Notes: generated from the sequence alone by a model not told the origin. 64,000 nt of DNA from the human T2T-CHM13v2.0 reference genome, Homo sapiens (GCF_009914755.1 NC_060943.1), one strand, 5' to 3'; positions 40,656-62,599 are shown, counted from the stretch's first letter. Numbers and translations: made by a program.

Positions 40656-41048
40656 ATAGAAGAACCCAAAACAGCCCCCAGCACAGCCGGCCCTCCTGCC
40701 TTGGTCAGTGGGAACAAGCACATCAGATCAAGCTCTCATGGGTCTCAGGATCTGGGATGGTGCTTTGGAACTGAATGTTGTGGTGGGACCACTTCTCTAA
40801 GGACGGCAAGATCCAAGGTGGGCTGTGAGCACTCTTCCTGAGTGATGGCCTTTAACGGTCCCCAGAGGCAGCCCCAGGGAGATGAGGACCTGGCTGGCTG
40901 TCCAAAAATCTGATCAGGCTGGCTCTTGTTTGGTTTAGGGATACATAAATAACTCACATTTTAAACACTAGAACTCAGGCATGAGACGCCCATGCCTGCC
41001 TGTCTGTTCCCTCTGAGCCATGCCTTCATCGGGTGGGAGAACCACTAG

Positions 41049-41372
<324 letters not shown>

Positions 41373-42157
41373 TGCAAGCCCTCTTTCTTATTTCCTCCAA
41401 GCACTGAAGCATGAATTTGTGGTAAGGTAAATAAACGTGTGTGTGTGGCATGGTGGGGGGATACATCCACAGAATGTCACGTGCCCAGCCCTGTTCTCTG
41501 TTTGTTACACTTGACTATTAGGATTCCAGCCTCTTGTTCACATACATAGTCTAACTATTTCCTTTTTGGTCAGAATTGGAATTCTTTCCCTTTTTTTTTT
41601 CCTGCTATTATAAACAGCAGTGCTATGAATATCTTTATTGTTTTCCACTTGAATTATTTTATTGGAATGTTTTCCCTGAAGTGAAATTGGTTGGCTGGGA
41701 GGTATATATGATTTTATAGTTCCTGTGATTTTCCTTTTCATCAAATCACTCTCCCAAAAGACTGCATTGCTATGTATCGCCTTCTGCATGTACGTGTGTG
41801 TGTGTGTATGCACGTGCGTGTGTGGACGTATGTGTATACCGTTTTCCCTCAGCCCTGCCAGCTGTGGGTTTGATCATTTGTATTTATTTTTACTAATTAA
41901 CATGGTATATAACAGATATCTCCTGGATATTATATTTGCATTTGCTTACTTGCTAACAAGAATGAGTAAAGTCCTTCTCTTAAAACCCAGAAAAATAAAA
42001 TAAACAGCCACCACATCCATGGCTTAGAAAAACACCTCTCAGCTCCCTCCTATGCCAGGACTTGGGGGCACCCACAGCTGACGCCAAGGCTGCGACACGG
42101 CTGGCCAGGCCCGAGCTTGGCCTGCTGACCTGTGGCTGTCATCATGGTCCTAGAGGC

Positions 42158-42222
42158 CTCCTCCAGCTAATAAAGCCATTTCTCTCCTCCAGCCAATAAA
42201 GCCATTTCTCTCCTCCAGCCAA
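42158..42222 (+). repeat. 26-bp tandem repeat (2.5 copies), each full copy containing AATAAA
   Basis: ctcctccagc(t/c)aataaagccatttct x2 + ctcctccagccaa. Confidence 0.95.
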
Positions 42223-42512
42223 CTGAAGGCACATCAGGCAATGCCCTCTTCTGCATGGCTTAGATGAGTCCTGCATTTCTTAATTCCCATATGTTCGTTG
42301 TTGGGATTGAGAGACATTCTGTTTTACATGCAAAAAAGGTTGCAGGAGATGCGGCTGGTGTCCTGTCCACAGCTTATGAAAACCTCAGGGCAGCCTCCGC
42401 ACCCTCCCCCTGGGGAAGTTACAAAACAGCATCCTCTGAGAGCCACTGTCTGGGCCTGGCCTGGCCTGGCCGGGACCTGGGGAGAGGAGGAGGAAGGCCT
42501 TGCCTGGCTGGC

Positions 42513-42526
42513 CCACCAGAGGGCGC
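42513..42526 (+). promoter_or_regulatory. Consensus CTCF core motif
   Basis: CCACCAGAGGGCGC matches CCASYAGRKGGCRS at every position. Binding is not shown. Confidence 0.6.
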
Positions 42527-42844
42527 CTCCCACCACAGATGCCAGGCTGTGTCCCCAGCCCTGTGGCCTCCTGGCTCTGCACACAACAGCCAGGCCTGCA
42601 TCCCTCCAGCCAGACATCTCAGCCCAGAGACACAAAGCAGTCATCCAGCTAAAACGTACCATCTGCCTGGGAACGGCAACACTGAAGCAGGTTAATAGCT
42701 GGCCCAGAGCAGATGGTTTATTCCAATGATGACTGGGTCCCTGTACCCAGGCGTCTTCCTTAGTGCTGCCTCGCCCACCGGCAGCCCGCAGCTCTCCCTG
42801 GGCCAGGCCCCACTGGAAGGGCCAGCCCTGCTGCCCAGAAATCC

Positions 42845-45800
42845 TGCCACTCCGCCACCCAGACACCGAACACCCAGACACCTAACACACAGACACCTGA
42901 CACCCAGACACCTGGACACCTGACACCCGGACACCCAGACTACCTGACACCCGGACACCTGGACACCCGATCACCCAGACACCTGATACCCAGATACCCG
43001 GACACCCAGACACCTGACACCCAGATACTGAGACACCTGACACCCAGACACCTGACACCCAGACATCCAGACACCCGGACACCTGACACCCAGACACCTG
43101 ACACCCGGACACCTGGACACCCGGACACCGAGACACCTGACACCCAGACACTGAGACGCCTGACACCCAGACACCTAGACACCTGACACTCAGACACCCA
43201 GACACCTGACACCCAGACACCTGGACACTCAACACCCAGAAACCTGACACTAGACACCTGACACCCAGACACCCAGACACCTGGACACCCAGACACCTGA
43301 CACCCAGGCACCTGGGGACACCCAGACACCCACATACCCATACACCCAAAAACTTGACAGCTAAACACCTGGACACCCAACACCTAGAAACCTGACACCC
43401 AGACACCTGACACCCGGACACCTGACACCCAGACACACAGACACCCAGACACCTGACACCCAGATACTTGGACACCCAGACACCTGGCACCCAGACACCC
43501 AGACACCTGGCACCCAGACAGTCAGATACCCAGACACCCAGACACCTGACACCCAGACACCTGGACACCTGGACACTCAGACACCTGACACTCAGACACC
43601 CATACACCCAGATACCTGGAAACCCAAACACCGGACACCCAGATACCCAGACGTCTGACACCTGGACACCCAGACACCTGACATCCAGACACCCAGACAC
43701 CCAGACACCCAGATGCCCAGACACCCAGACACCTGACACCTGACACCCAGACACCCAGACAACTGACACCCTGACATCTGGACACCCAGACACCCAGACA
43801 CCCGACACCTGACACCCAGACACCTGATACCTGACACCCAGACACCCGAATACCTGGACACCCAGACACCTGACACATGACACCAAGATACTCGACACCC
43901 AGATACCCAGACACTCGGACACCCAGACACCTGACCTCCAGACACACAGACACCCAGACACCCAGATACCCAGACACCCAGACATCTGACACCCAGACAC
44001 CTGACACCCAGATGCCTGACACCCAGACACCTGACACTCAGGCACCTGGACACCCAGACACTCAGACACCCAGACACTCAAACACCAGACACCCAGACAC
44101 TCAAACACCAGACACCCAGACACCCAGACACCTGATACCTGGACACCCAGACAACCTGACATCCAGACACCTGGACACCCAGATACCCAGACATGCAGAC
44201 ACCTGACACCTGACACCCAGACACCTGATACCCAGACACCTGACACCTGGACACTTGGACACCCAGACACCTGACACCAAGAAACCTGGACACCCAGACA
44301 CCCAAACACTAGATACCCAGACACCCAGCCACCTGACATCCAGACACCCAGACACCCAGACAGCTGACACCCAGACACCTGACACCCAGACACCTGACAC
44401 CTGGACCCCCAGACACCTGACACCCAGACACCTGGTGGGATGTCCAGGTGTCTTGGTATCAAGTGTCTGGGTGTCTCGGTGTCAGGTGTCTGGGTGTCTG
44501 GGTGTCCAGGTGTCTGGGTGTCAGCTGTCTGGGTGTCTGGGTGGTGAGGTGTCTCAGTGTCTGGGTGTCTGGGTGTCCAGGTGTCCAGGTGGTGGGGTGT
44601 CTGGGTGTCTGAGTGGCAGGGTGTCTGGGTGGCAGAGGGTCTGGGTGTTTGGGTATCCAGGTGTCCAGGTGGTGGGTTGTCCAGGTGTCCAGGTAGTGGA
44701 GTGTCTGGGTGTCTGGGGGTTGGGGTGTCTGGATATTCGAGTGGCAGGGTGTCTGGATGGTGGGGTGGCTGAGTATCCAGGTATCCAAGTGACACTCGGA
44801 CACCCAGGCACCTGACACCAGACACCCAGACACCTGGACACCCAACACTCAGACACCCAGACACTCAGATACCCAGACACCCAGAAACCTGACACCCAGA
44901 CACCCGGATACCCAGACACCCAGAAACCTGACACCCAGACACCCAGATACCCAGACACCCGACACCCAGACACCCAGAAACCTGACAGCCAGACACCCGG
45001 ATACCCAGACACCCGACACCCAGACACCCGGACACTCAGACACCCAGACACTCAGACACCCAGACATCCAGACACCTGATACCCAGAAACCTGACACCCC
45101 ACCACCCGGACACCCAGACATCCTGCCACCTGAACACCCTGCCACTCAGTCACTTGGACACCTGGATACTCAGCCACCCCACCATCCAGATACCCTGCCA
45201 CTCCAATACCCAGACACCCCAACCCCCAGACACCCAGACACTCCACTACCTGGACACCTGGACAACCCACCACCTGGACACCTGGACACCCAAACACCCA
45301 GACCCTCTGCCACCCAGACACCCTGCCACTCAGACACCCAGACACCCCACCACCTGGACACCTGGACACCCAGACACCCGGACACTCAGACACCTCACCA
45401 CCCAGACACCGAGAAACCTGACACCCAGAAACCTGGACACCCGGACACCCAGACACCTGACACCAAGACACACAGACACTTGACACCAAGATAGCCGGAC
45501 ACCCCACCACCCAGACACCTGGACACCCTGCCACTCAGCCACTTGGACACCTGGGCACTCAGCCACCCCACCACCTAGACACCCTGCCACTTGGATACCC
45601 AGATACCCTGTTCCCCAGACACCAAGACACCCAGTTACCCCACCACCTGGAAAACCCTCCACCCAGACACCCTGCCACGTGGACACCTGGAGACCCCTCC
45701 ACCCACAGACCCCACCACCAGGATACCCTATCACCCAGACACACAGACACCCAAACACCCTGCCATCCCACCACCCAGACACTCTGTCACCTGGACACGC

Positions 45801-45940
45801 AGACACCCTGCTGTCCCACCACCCAGACACCCTGCCACCCTGCCACCTGGACATGCCACCACCTGGACACCCAGACACCCTGCCACTCAGCCACCTGGAC
45901 ACCATGCCACCCAGCCACCCGGACACACAGCCACCCAGCT
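42845..45940. repeat. ~3.1-kb degenerate 7/8-bp minisatellite (GACACCCA / GACACCT / GACACCTG) with an internal inverted block
   Basis: Hundreds of variant units, C/A-rich on + except 44433-44793, which is in reverse orientation. The right third is more diverged, with CCACC/CTGCCA inserts. Confidence 0.97.
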
Positions 45941-46312
45941 GCCCCGCCAGCCACATGTGGCCGACTCCCTGCTCACCCTCCCAACTGCGTCAGCCATAGG
46001 GAACTGGGGTGGGGTCCCAGCACCCCTGGGCAGGCAGTTCCATAGGGGATTACCTCCAGCTGTCTTTCACAGAGAGACAGCCAAGCTACAGATCAATCAA
46101 CCCCATTCATAATCAAAGAAAATGAATCAAACCAGATGTCAGTAGTCACCCATGAAATTAATCAAGGCATAAGACACTAGCACTCTGCTCCTTGGTGGGG
46201 ATGCAATGAGATGTGTGCCCCCTTGATGGGAGAGTAAGTTAATGATACCGCCTCTCCAGAAAGGATTCTGACCTAATAAAACAACCAACCTTAAAAAAAG
46301 TTGCATACTTCA

Positions 46313-47250
<938 letters not shown>

Positions 47251-48681
47251 ATATATGTGTACCTACATAGCATTAAAACAATTGCAGGAAAGACACCAAA
47301 TCTGTTACCAGCAGTTTTCTGGGTTGTGAAATTTGTAGTTTTTATTTCATTATACTTTTCTGGGTTTTTCTAGGTTTTCAGCAACAAATACTGACAAAAG
47401 GAAATGAACAGTTTTCAGAGACTTACTTTAAAACAGAGTTAAAGGAATACACATGAAATTGGTAACAGTGGCTGCCTCTGGGGTCGGCATGGGAGCAGGC
47501 CTTCCCTTGCAGCTTGCGCCCTCCCGTACCTTTTAAATTTTGTACCAGGCAGGTATTACTTATTCAAAAATAAATAAATTTCTACAAAGAAGATACAGAT
47601 ATATAAATACTAAAACCACAGGAGCTGAGAAGCAGCGCTTGATTTCCTGGGGGAAATCAAGAAAAAGTGCTTTCGGCTCCTGGGGGAGATAAGACTCCAG
47701 GTTCAGGCTGCCCTTTTAGGCCCAAAGCCTCCAAGTCACCCCAGGACCCAGCTAGTTCCAGTGTCTTCACTCAGCAAGGCCTGCTCCATCGGACACAAAA
47801 CTGATCAGGAGTTGGACCATCTCCTCCCTGGGCATTTTTCCCTGCAGTAGGGGTGGGCAGGCTGTGGGAGGGGCTGCAGTGGACACTGGGCCTCTGAGCT
47901 GGGACCACCTGTGTCCCCTGGGCCTGACACAGACCAGGACCTGATGCACGAGTAAGAATGAATGGGGCCCAATCGCCTAACAAAGGCAACTCAATTTCAG
48001 CCCCGATTGTTCCAGAAGGATTTGCTGTAAGCAACCGGAGAAGTTGGCATTTGTTCAACATGGAAAAAGTGTCCCCCAACTTTGAAGCACTGAACCAAAC
48101 ATCTTTGTTGAGGTTTCATTCTCACGATATCTGCAAATCAACGTTTTTTCCTTCACACTAAAAACGGGCAACTTTAGAGCCCACTAAAGCTATACAAAAT
48201 TGGGAGGGGGCATGCTCTGATTTTCCATTTTTAGTTCCAGGGTCCGTATGCAGGACTTATTTGCAGGAAGAGCAGGAATGATCAGTTCAACAAGAAAAGC
48301 CACACTCAGTTTTCACAGACAGACAACCCCTCCTTCCCACCCCTGCCCTGTCACCCATCAACTTAAGTGGCATATAAATGATTAAAGTGGCTTCATTAAC
48401 TCCAGGAGTGTGGCCTGTGCTAGGGCACCTGATTTGTGCTAGACGAGGCCAGCAGAAGAGCAATCGCTCTGCAAGAGAAAGGCTCGGCCCTTCCTTAATC
48501 ACCATGGGTTATAATTCACCCTGACGTCCTTACACACATGGAGGTGCCAGGATACTGAGCTTTCCTATAAGCAGGGCCTCAGCAGAAGTGCCTCCCTCCG
48601 AGCCTCCAGGGCCTGAGAGGAGAGCCCCAAGTCCCTGCCCTGCCCCAGGACCTGGGGACCAAGGAATAACATTTTTTGTAG

Positions 48682-48792
<111 letters not shown>

Positions 48793-48917
48793 TGACCTAC
48801 TCTTGCATTCTTTAAAGCCACAAATCTGGTACCTTCCCTCTTGTTCCATTTGTAAGACTTTGAATATTAGAGATATTTTACACATAATATGTGGGAAAAT
48901 GGCTTTTTAGAAAAACA

Positions 48918-48923
48918 TTTATT
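48918..48923 (-). terminator. C19orf12: Candidate C19orf12 polyadenylation signal (AATAAA on -); others at 49671-49676 and 47341-47346
   Basis: TTTATT on + ~1.5 kb past the stop codon. Which site is used cannot be read from sequence. Confidence 0.6.
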
Positions 48924-48977
48924 GTAATCGATCACATTCAAGTCGTAGTTCTGAAAGCAAAGTGAAAACACACAGTA

Positions 48978-49321
48978 CAGCTATGCCTCAGTATCCATGG
49001 GGGATGGGTTCCAGGACTGCAACCTCAACCCTCAGACACCGACATCTGAGGATGCTCAAGTCCCTGATGGGCAATGGCATAGCGTTTGCACGTAACCTAC
49101 GCACACCTTCCTGTATAATTTAAATCATCTCTAGATTTCTTATAATACCAAATACAATATAAATGCTATGTAAATATGCTACACCATATTGTTTAGGGAA
49201 TAATGGCAAGAAAAAAAGGTCTGTACGTGTTCAGTACCAATGCAATTTCTTTTTTCAAATATTTCCTATCCAAGGCTGGTTGGATCTAAATGTGGAGACC
49301 ACAGTTACAGAGAGCTGACTG
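48978..49321. mobile_element. Full-length MER2 (TcMar-Tigger)
   Basis: TA|CAGCTATGCCTCAGTATCCATGGGGGATGGGTTCCAGGAC ... GAGAGCTGACTG|TA. TA TSDs at 48976-77 and 49322-23. Confidence 0.85.
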
Positions 49322-49394
49322 TACTGGGGAAATCTTTACGGTAGAAACATTTCTTAGAGATGGTTTATATCACACCACTTCAGAAAGAGCAATA

Positions 49395-49738
49395 CAGGCA
49401 TACCTCATTCTACTATGCTTTGTGAATACTGTTTTTTTTTTTTAAATTGAAGGTTTGTAGCAGCCTGGCATCAGGCAAGTCTATTTGGCACCATTTTCCA
49501 ACAGCATGTGCTCACTTTGCGTTTCTGTGTCAGCATTTTGAACAGTAAATATTTTTAAATTAAGGTTTGTATATTTGTTAGACATAATGCTATTGCACAT
49601 TTAGTGGACTGCAATATGCAGTAAACATGACTTAGATGCACTGGGAAACTAAAACAATGCGCTTCCTTGCTTTATTGTGATGTTGGCTTTACCGAGGTGG
49701 TCTGGAACTGAACCCACAATATCTCCGAGATATACCTG
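49395..49738. mobile_element. Internally deleted Tigger1 retaining both termini
   Basis: TA|CAGGCATACCTC ... TCTCCGAGATATACCTG|TA. Both halves match remembered Tigger1 ends. Confidence 0.85.
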
Positions 49739-50452
49739 TACTTTTTACTAAAAATATTTCATTTGAGAAGTAAACCTCAAGAACTACCAGGACTTTTCAG
49801 ATGGGAAGAGCGAGGCCCTGGCAGGGCGAGTCTAGGTGTGCAGCCTAGTGGGGGCCGGGGTCAAGTCCACTCGGTATTTGTGGCTTCACTCAGCAGGCCG
49901 CCCGTCCCCTCCGTGGGGCCATTCGACAGTCCCTGGGTAGGGGACGGTTGCACTAGGAGGTAAACATGATTCCAGCATGGGCTGCTCCAAGGCCCTGAGA
50001 CCCCAGGACCTGCAGCGGGGTGGGATCCAGTCCTGCAGCAGGTGCTCTGAAGAGGAGTCATCTCCCAAGATGAGAAGGCCCCGGGGGGAGGATGAAGTGT
50101 GGTCAGACCGTCGGCTGAGCGTGATCACTTCCCCAGACCCATGCGGGTGAGAGGACTCAGCAGACGCCTCCGAAGCCTGCGGCAGGCAGGCCTTTACTCT
50201 TCACTGGGGGGCCAGTCAGAGGGCTGTCATGGCAGGCCAGTGCACATGCCACCAACACATGCTGCTTCATCAGTAATTTCTGGAACATGACACTGCACAG
50301 CGGTGGCCTCTCCAGCGGGACATTACTAGTAATACACTGATGATGTGGAGATTCCCCAGGGGGCATCCGCTGGGCTTCTCCCAACTCCCAAGCCACCTCT
50401 TCAGAATCACAGAGTCATTTAAAGGGGCCCCCCACCTCCCCGGAGGTGCGGC

Positions 50453-50737
<285 letters not shown>

Positions 50738-51029
50738 TCAATTAGTGGGTCTTATTCATAAGCGATGGCCTTACTTAAGTTCCCACTGAGTGCACACCAC
50801 CATCACCATGAGCAGGCACATTCATGAGCGGGCTGCAGCGGGCTCAGCCGGTGCCACGCCTGCTCCGCCAGCCAGTGTGGAGGGCAAAGGTTTATGCAGT
50901 CTTCTGTCCATTTGGCTCAGATAATTGACACCCAACATGCATTCCCTGGGCTCCACATTTAAGGATGCAAAATGAAGCCTGCCTGCCCCATCTCCCACCT
51001 CAGTGCTGGGCCCACTTTCTTCTTCATGA

Positions 51030-51804
<775 letters not shown>

Positions 51805-51928
51805 TTAGAAAATCTTCAGTGAGCCCATGTGGTTAAAGGACCTGGGGACAGATAAGGAGGCTCTTTCCTCTTGAAGCAGTGCTTTTCATAGATCCCCTCC
51901 AAGTTGTATGATCGATAAATAACAAACT

Positions 51929-56192
<4,264 letters not shown>

Positions 56193-57267
56193 TCAATGAG
56201 CATAAGAGTATTTCCATCACAATGCCACTCTAGTTCCTAGAGTTTTAAGGAAGGGTCCCCCTTTTCAGGAAAGCTCAGCAGCTCCAAGCGCCTGTATGAC
56301 AGACAGCATCCAGACGGTGGAAAGTTCCCACAGACAGGACAGGCAGCAGTTAGTGAATAAGCAAATAGCAGCAGCTGAGTGGATGAAAGGTCTTCTTTGC
56401 CCTCTGATTAACTTCTGACTTACGACAGATTAAGGAGCAACCCGGCCACATGTTCTGCTGGTTCATCACGAGGGAGGTGGTCTGACCCTTCTGGCATTAG
56501 TGGCCTTTGCACTGGCCCGGGGAATGCCCTGCACACAAAGCCCAGCAGAGAACGGGAAGTCCCGGCGTGAGGCATCTGAGCTGAGGCCAAGCCAGAGCCA
56601 GGGAAGGGATGGGACCCTGTGACCACACGGGCACTGACCTGCAGTGGGCCCTGAGCAGAGGGTCAGATACCTCCCTTCTAAGACGGAGACAGTCCCTACA
56701 GGCTGGACTCTCAGACAGTGCCAGCAGGATGGGCAGGAAGTGCCTGGCGTAAGTCTGGAAGCCTGCAGGCTCCCGACCCAGGATGGCTCTGAACGAACAC
56801 TGTTACTAACACACACACTGGGCTGCCTTAAGCAACTGTTCTTAAAAGTCAACACAGTTGTACCCATGGGACACTAAAAGCAGGGAAAAGATAAAGCAGG
56901 GAGACAAAGCAACTGGAGAAAAAATACATGAAATCATTCCCAGGCTTTGCAATATATATGAATAGACAGACGGACGGGCGAGTAGACCTTTAGCACAATG
57001 ACCTTTAGCACAATCCTCCAGGGTAGGGAAAATGTGTGGCATGCTGGAGCCAGGGCAGGGAGAGACGGGCTCTGGAGAGCCCAAAGGCTGAGAAAATCAA
57101 AGGGGCCACGAGGTGGGGGGTCTCCTCAGAGCTCTGGCTGAGCCCAAGGCTCCAGCAGTACTTCCCTTTCTCACCAGCACTTCCCATTTCATTCTAGGTG
57201 GAAATATTGAAACAGGTGCTACAGCAATTCAACTGAGGAAGTTATGGATAGATTCTATTGCTTATTA

Positions 57268-59095
<1,828 letters not shown>

Positions 59096-59639
59096 TGAAG
59101 TACATATTAAAGTAACCAAAGGAAATAATTTTACAGTAAAATCTTACAAAAAGCTCAAAATCCTGGTGTAAAATATCTAATCACCTTTGAGCTTAGTTCT
59201 GGTTTATATCCAGCTTTTCATCTGTCAATTATATTGGAAAAAGAGAGGCACTGCCCAGGTCTCAGGAGGGCCCCTTTGGAGGCTGCAAGGAACCTCCCTT
59301 TCCCCGGGCGTGAAGACCCTGAGCCCTGCCATGCTTGGTCTGCAAGGCTGGCTTCCAGGCCAGCACCCAGACACCACTCCCAAAACAGGTTTTCTGCAGT
59401 TTTGGGTCTGCACTCTCAAAACAGTTTCTGCACAGCAAGAAAATGCATGTAGAAGTGGAAAGAAGGAAGGCAGGAAACAGATACATAACCACTTTAGCTC
59501 TACTGGCTTCCCCCCCCAAAAAAAACCTAGCTTCCGACCTGCTCCGAATGACTTGAGGTGAAAATCTACAGAGGCTAAAGAGATGTCCTTGCAAAAATGC
59601 TACTTCCAGCTCTACCTGCTCCAGCCAGGCCAGCATCAA

Positions 59640-60601
<962 letters not shown>

Positions 60602-61674
60602 CTGAGACACAAGCCCAGGGTTCTGCAGAATGGGAGGGCCAGCAGCTATCACTGCGTGTGTGAGGGCAGGCAGAGGAAGTCACTGTGTTTTAATAGTCCA
60701 GCACCACGGGTAGAGATGTTGTGGCTGACTCCATCCAAGGTTCAATTTCTTTGTAGTAATCATTTCAGAAGTTAGAGCATTAACAGGCTCTTGTTGGGGA
60801 AGAAAGGTTAGTAACTCCATCTCCTGAGCCCTTGCTAAAAAGCTCAGCTTCCTGAATTCTCCAGGCTCACCAGATTGAGAGGGAAGCCCACCCTGCTCCT
60901 TCTCCCACCGCAAGGCTGCCTTTGTCTGTAAATGACAGGGAAGTGGGTGAGGAGGGAGGATGGGGACAGACCTTAGGGGGTGGGAGTGTGGCTCCCCCTC
61001 CCCCACTGTATCACACCTATTTCACACTCAGATTTATCCACATACCAGGCCTTGATCACAGGAAGCCCATCTGCCAGCCACAGGGAAGGCAAATGCCAAC
61101 TGGAAGCCCCGGTTTCTTGCAGGCGCCCAGGCTGCTCTGACAGGTACAGAGAGACGGAGACAAGCCCATCTCACCGAGAGCGGCCTAGCTTTCTGAGTTT
61201 GGACCAGATTGTAAGAGATAAGGGAGAGGAAGGCTTCAGATAGCTATGAAGAGAGCTATCTGACCTCCAAGTACCCTTTTCTTTAACAAAAAATTAGATC
61301 TGGCTCTTGTCAACATTGACCTCCCACCTCTCCATACCCCAGCGCAAAGGCAGTAGGTGGATCCCACCAGCAAACAGTTTTGGATTAGCTCATAGTTGTT
61401 GTTTTTTTAAAACAAATTAGTTGCCAATATTTAAAAATCAGGAGATTTTGCATGCACCTCAGATTCCTGATTTCTCCTGAAAAATCAGAAGACCAGATCA
61501 CATTGGACCTGCCATTCTGTGTAGCAATGGAGGCCAGGGCTGAGCAGGGGCCGTCCCCTGCCCACCCCCATACAGCAGGGCCCTGCCCTCCCTACCCCAG
61601 CTCCTCCTGGCAGCATGCACCTTACCTATCTACTTGATCAATAAACAGATCACTTCAAAGCTTCTCAAAGTATC

Positions 61675-62280
<606 letters not shown>

Positions 62281-62599
62281 CTAAAGCATTAACGACCCTT
62301 CCTGACCAAATCTAAACTAGCGCCCAGATTTTCTTCCCATATGGCTCAGCCCAGCTCCGCTGCCCCACAGGTGTCCTGTCAGGATCCGCTTCACATTTAT
62401 AATACCTAGCACCCCACCCCCAGCCCCGCCCCTGCCCCACCAGCCACCCCCACTCTACCCCACCCCTACCCATCACATTCCGCACCCCACCCCCGCCAAA
62501 CCCACATCCCCACCCCACCCAACCTCACCCACTCCCACCACATCCACCACCCGCACCCCACCCCCACCCACCACACCCATGCCTACGCCACTCCTGGGT

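Noticed and set aside
42882-44864. 660-aa ORF and other long ORFs across the minisatellite (SGCQV/RCLGV/DTQTP repeats)
   Set aside because: Open only because the GGTGTCT(G) units rarely form stop codons. All frames are low-complexity, the listed start is not ATG, and no promoter or splice context is evident.
42845-45940. CRISPR-like or telomeric interpretation of the array
   Set aside because: No constant repeat with unique spacers, no TTAGGG units, and a eukaryotic context.
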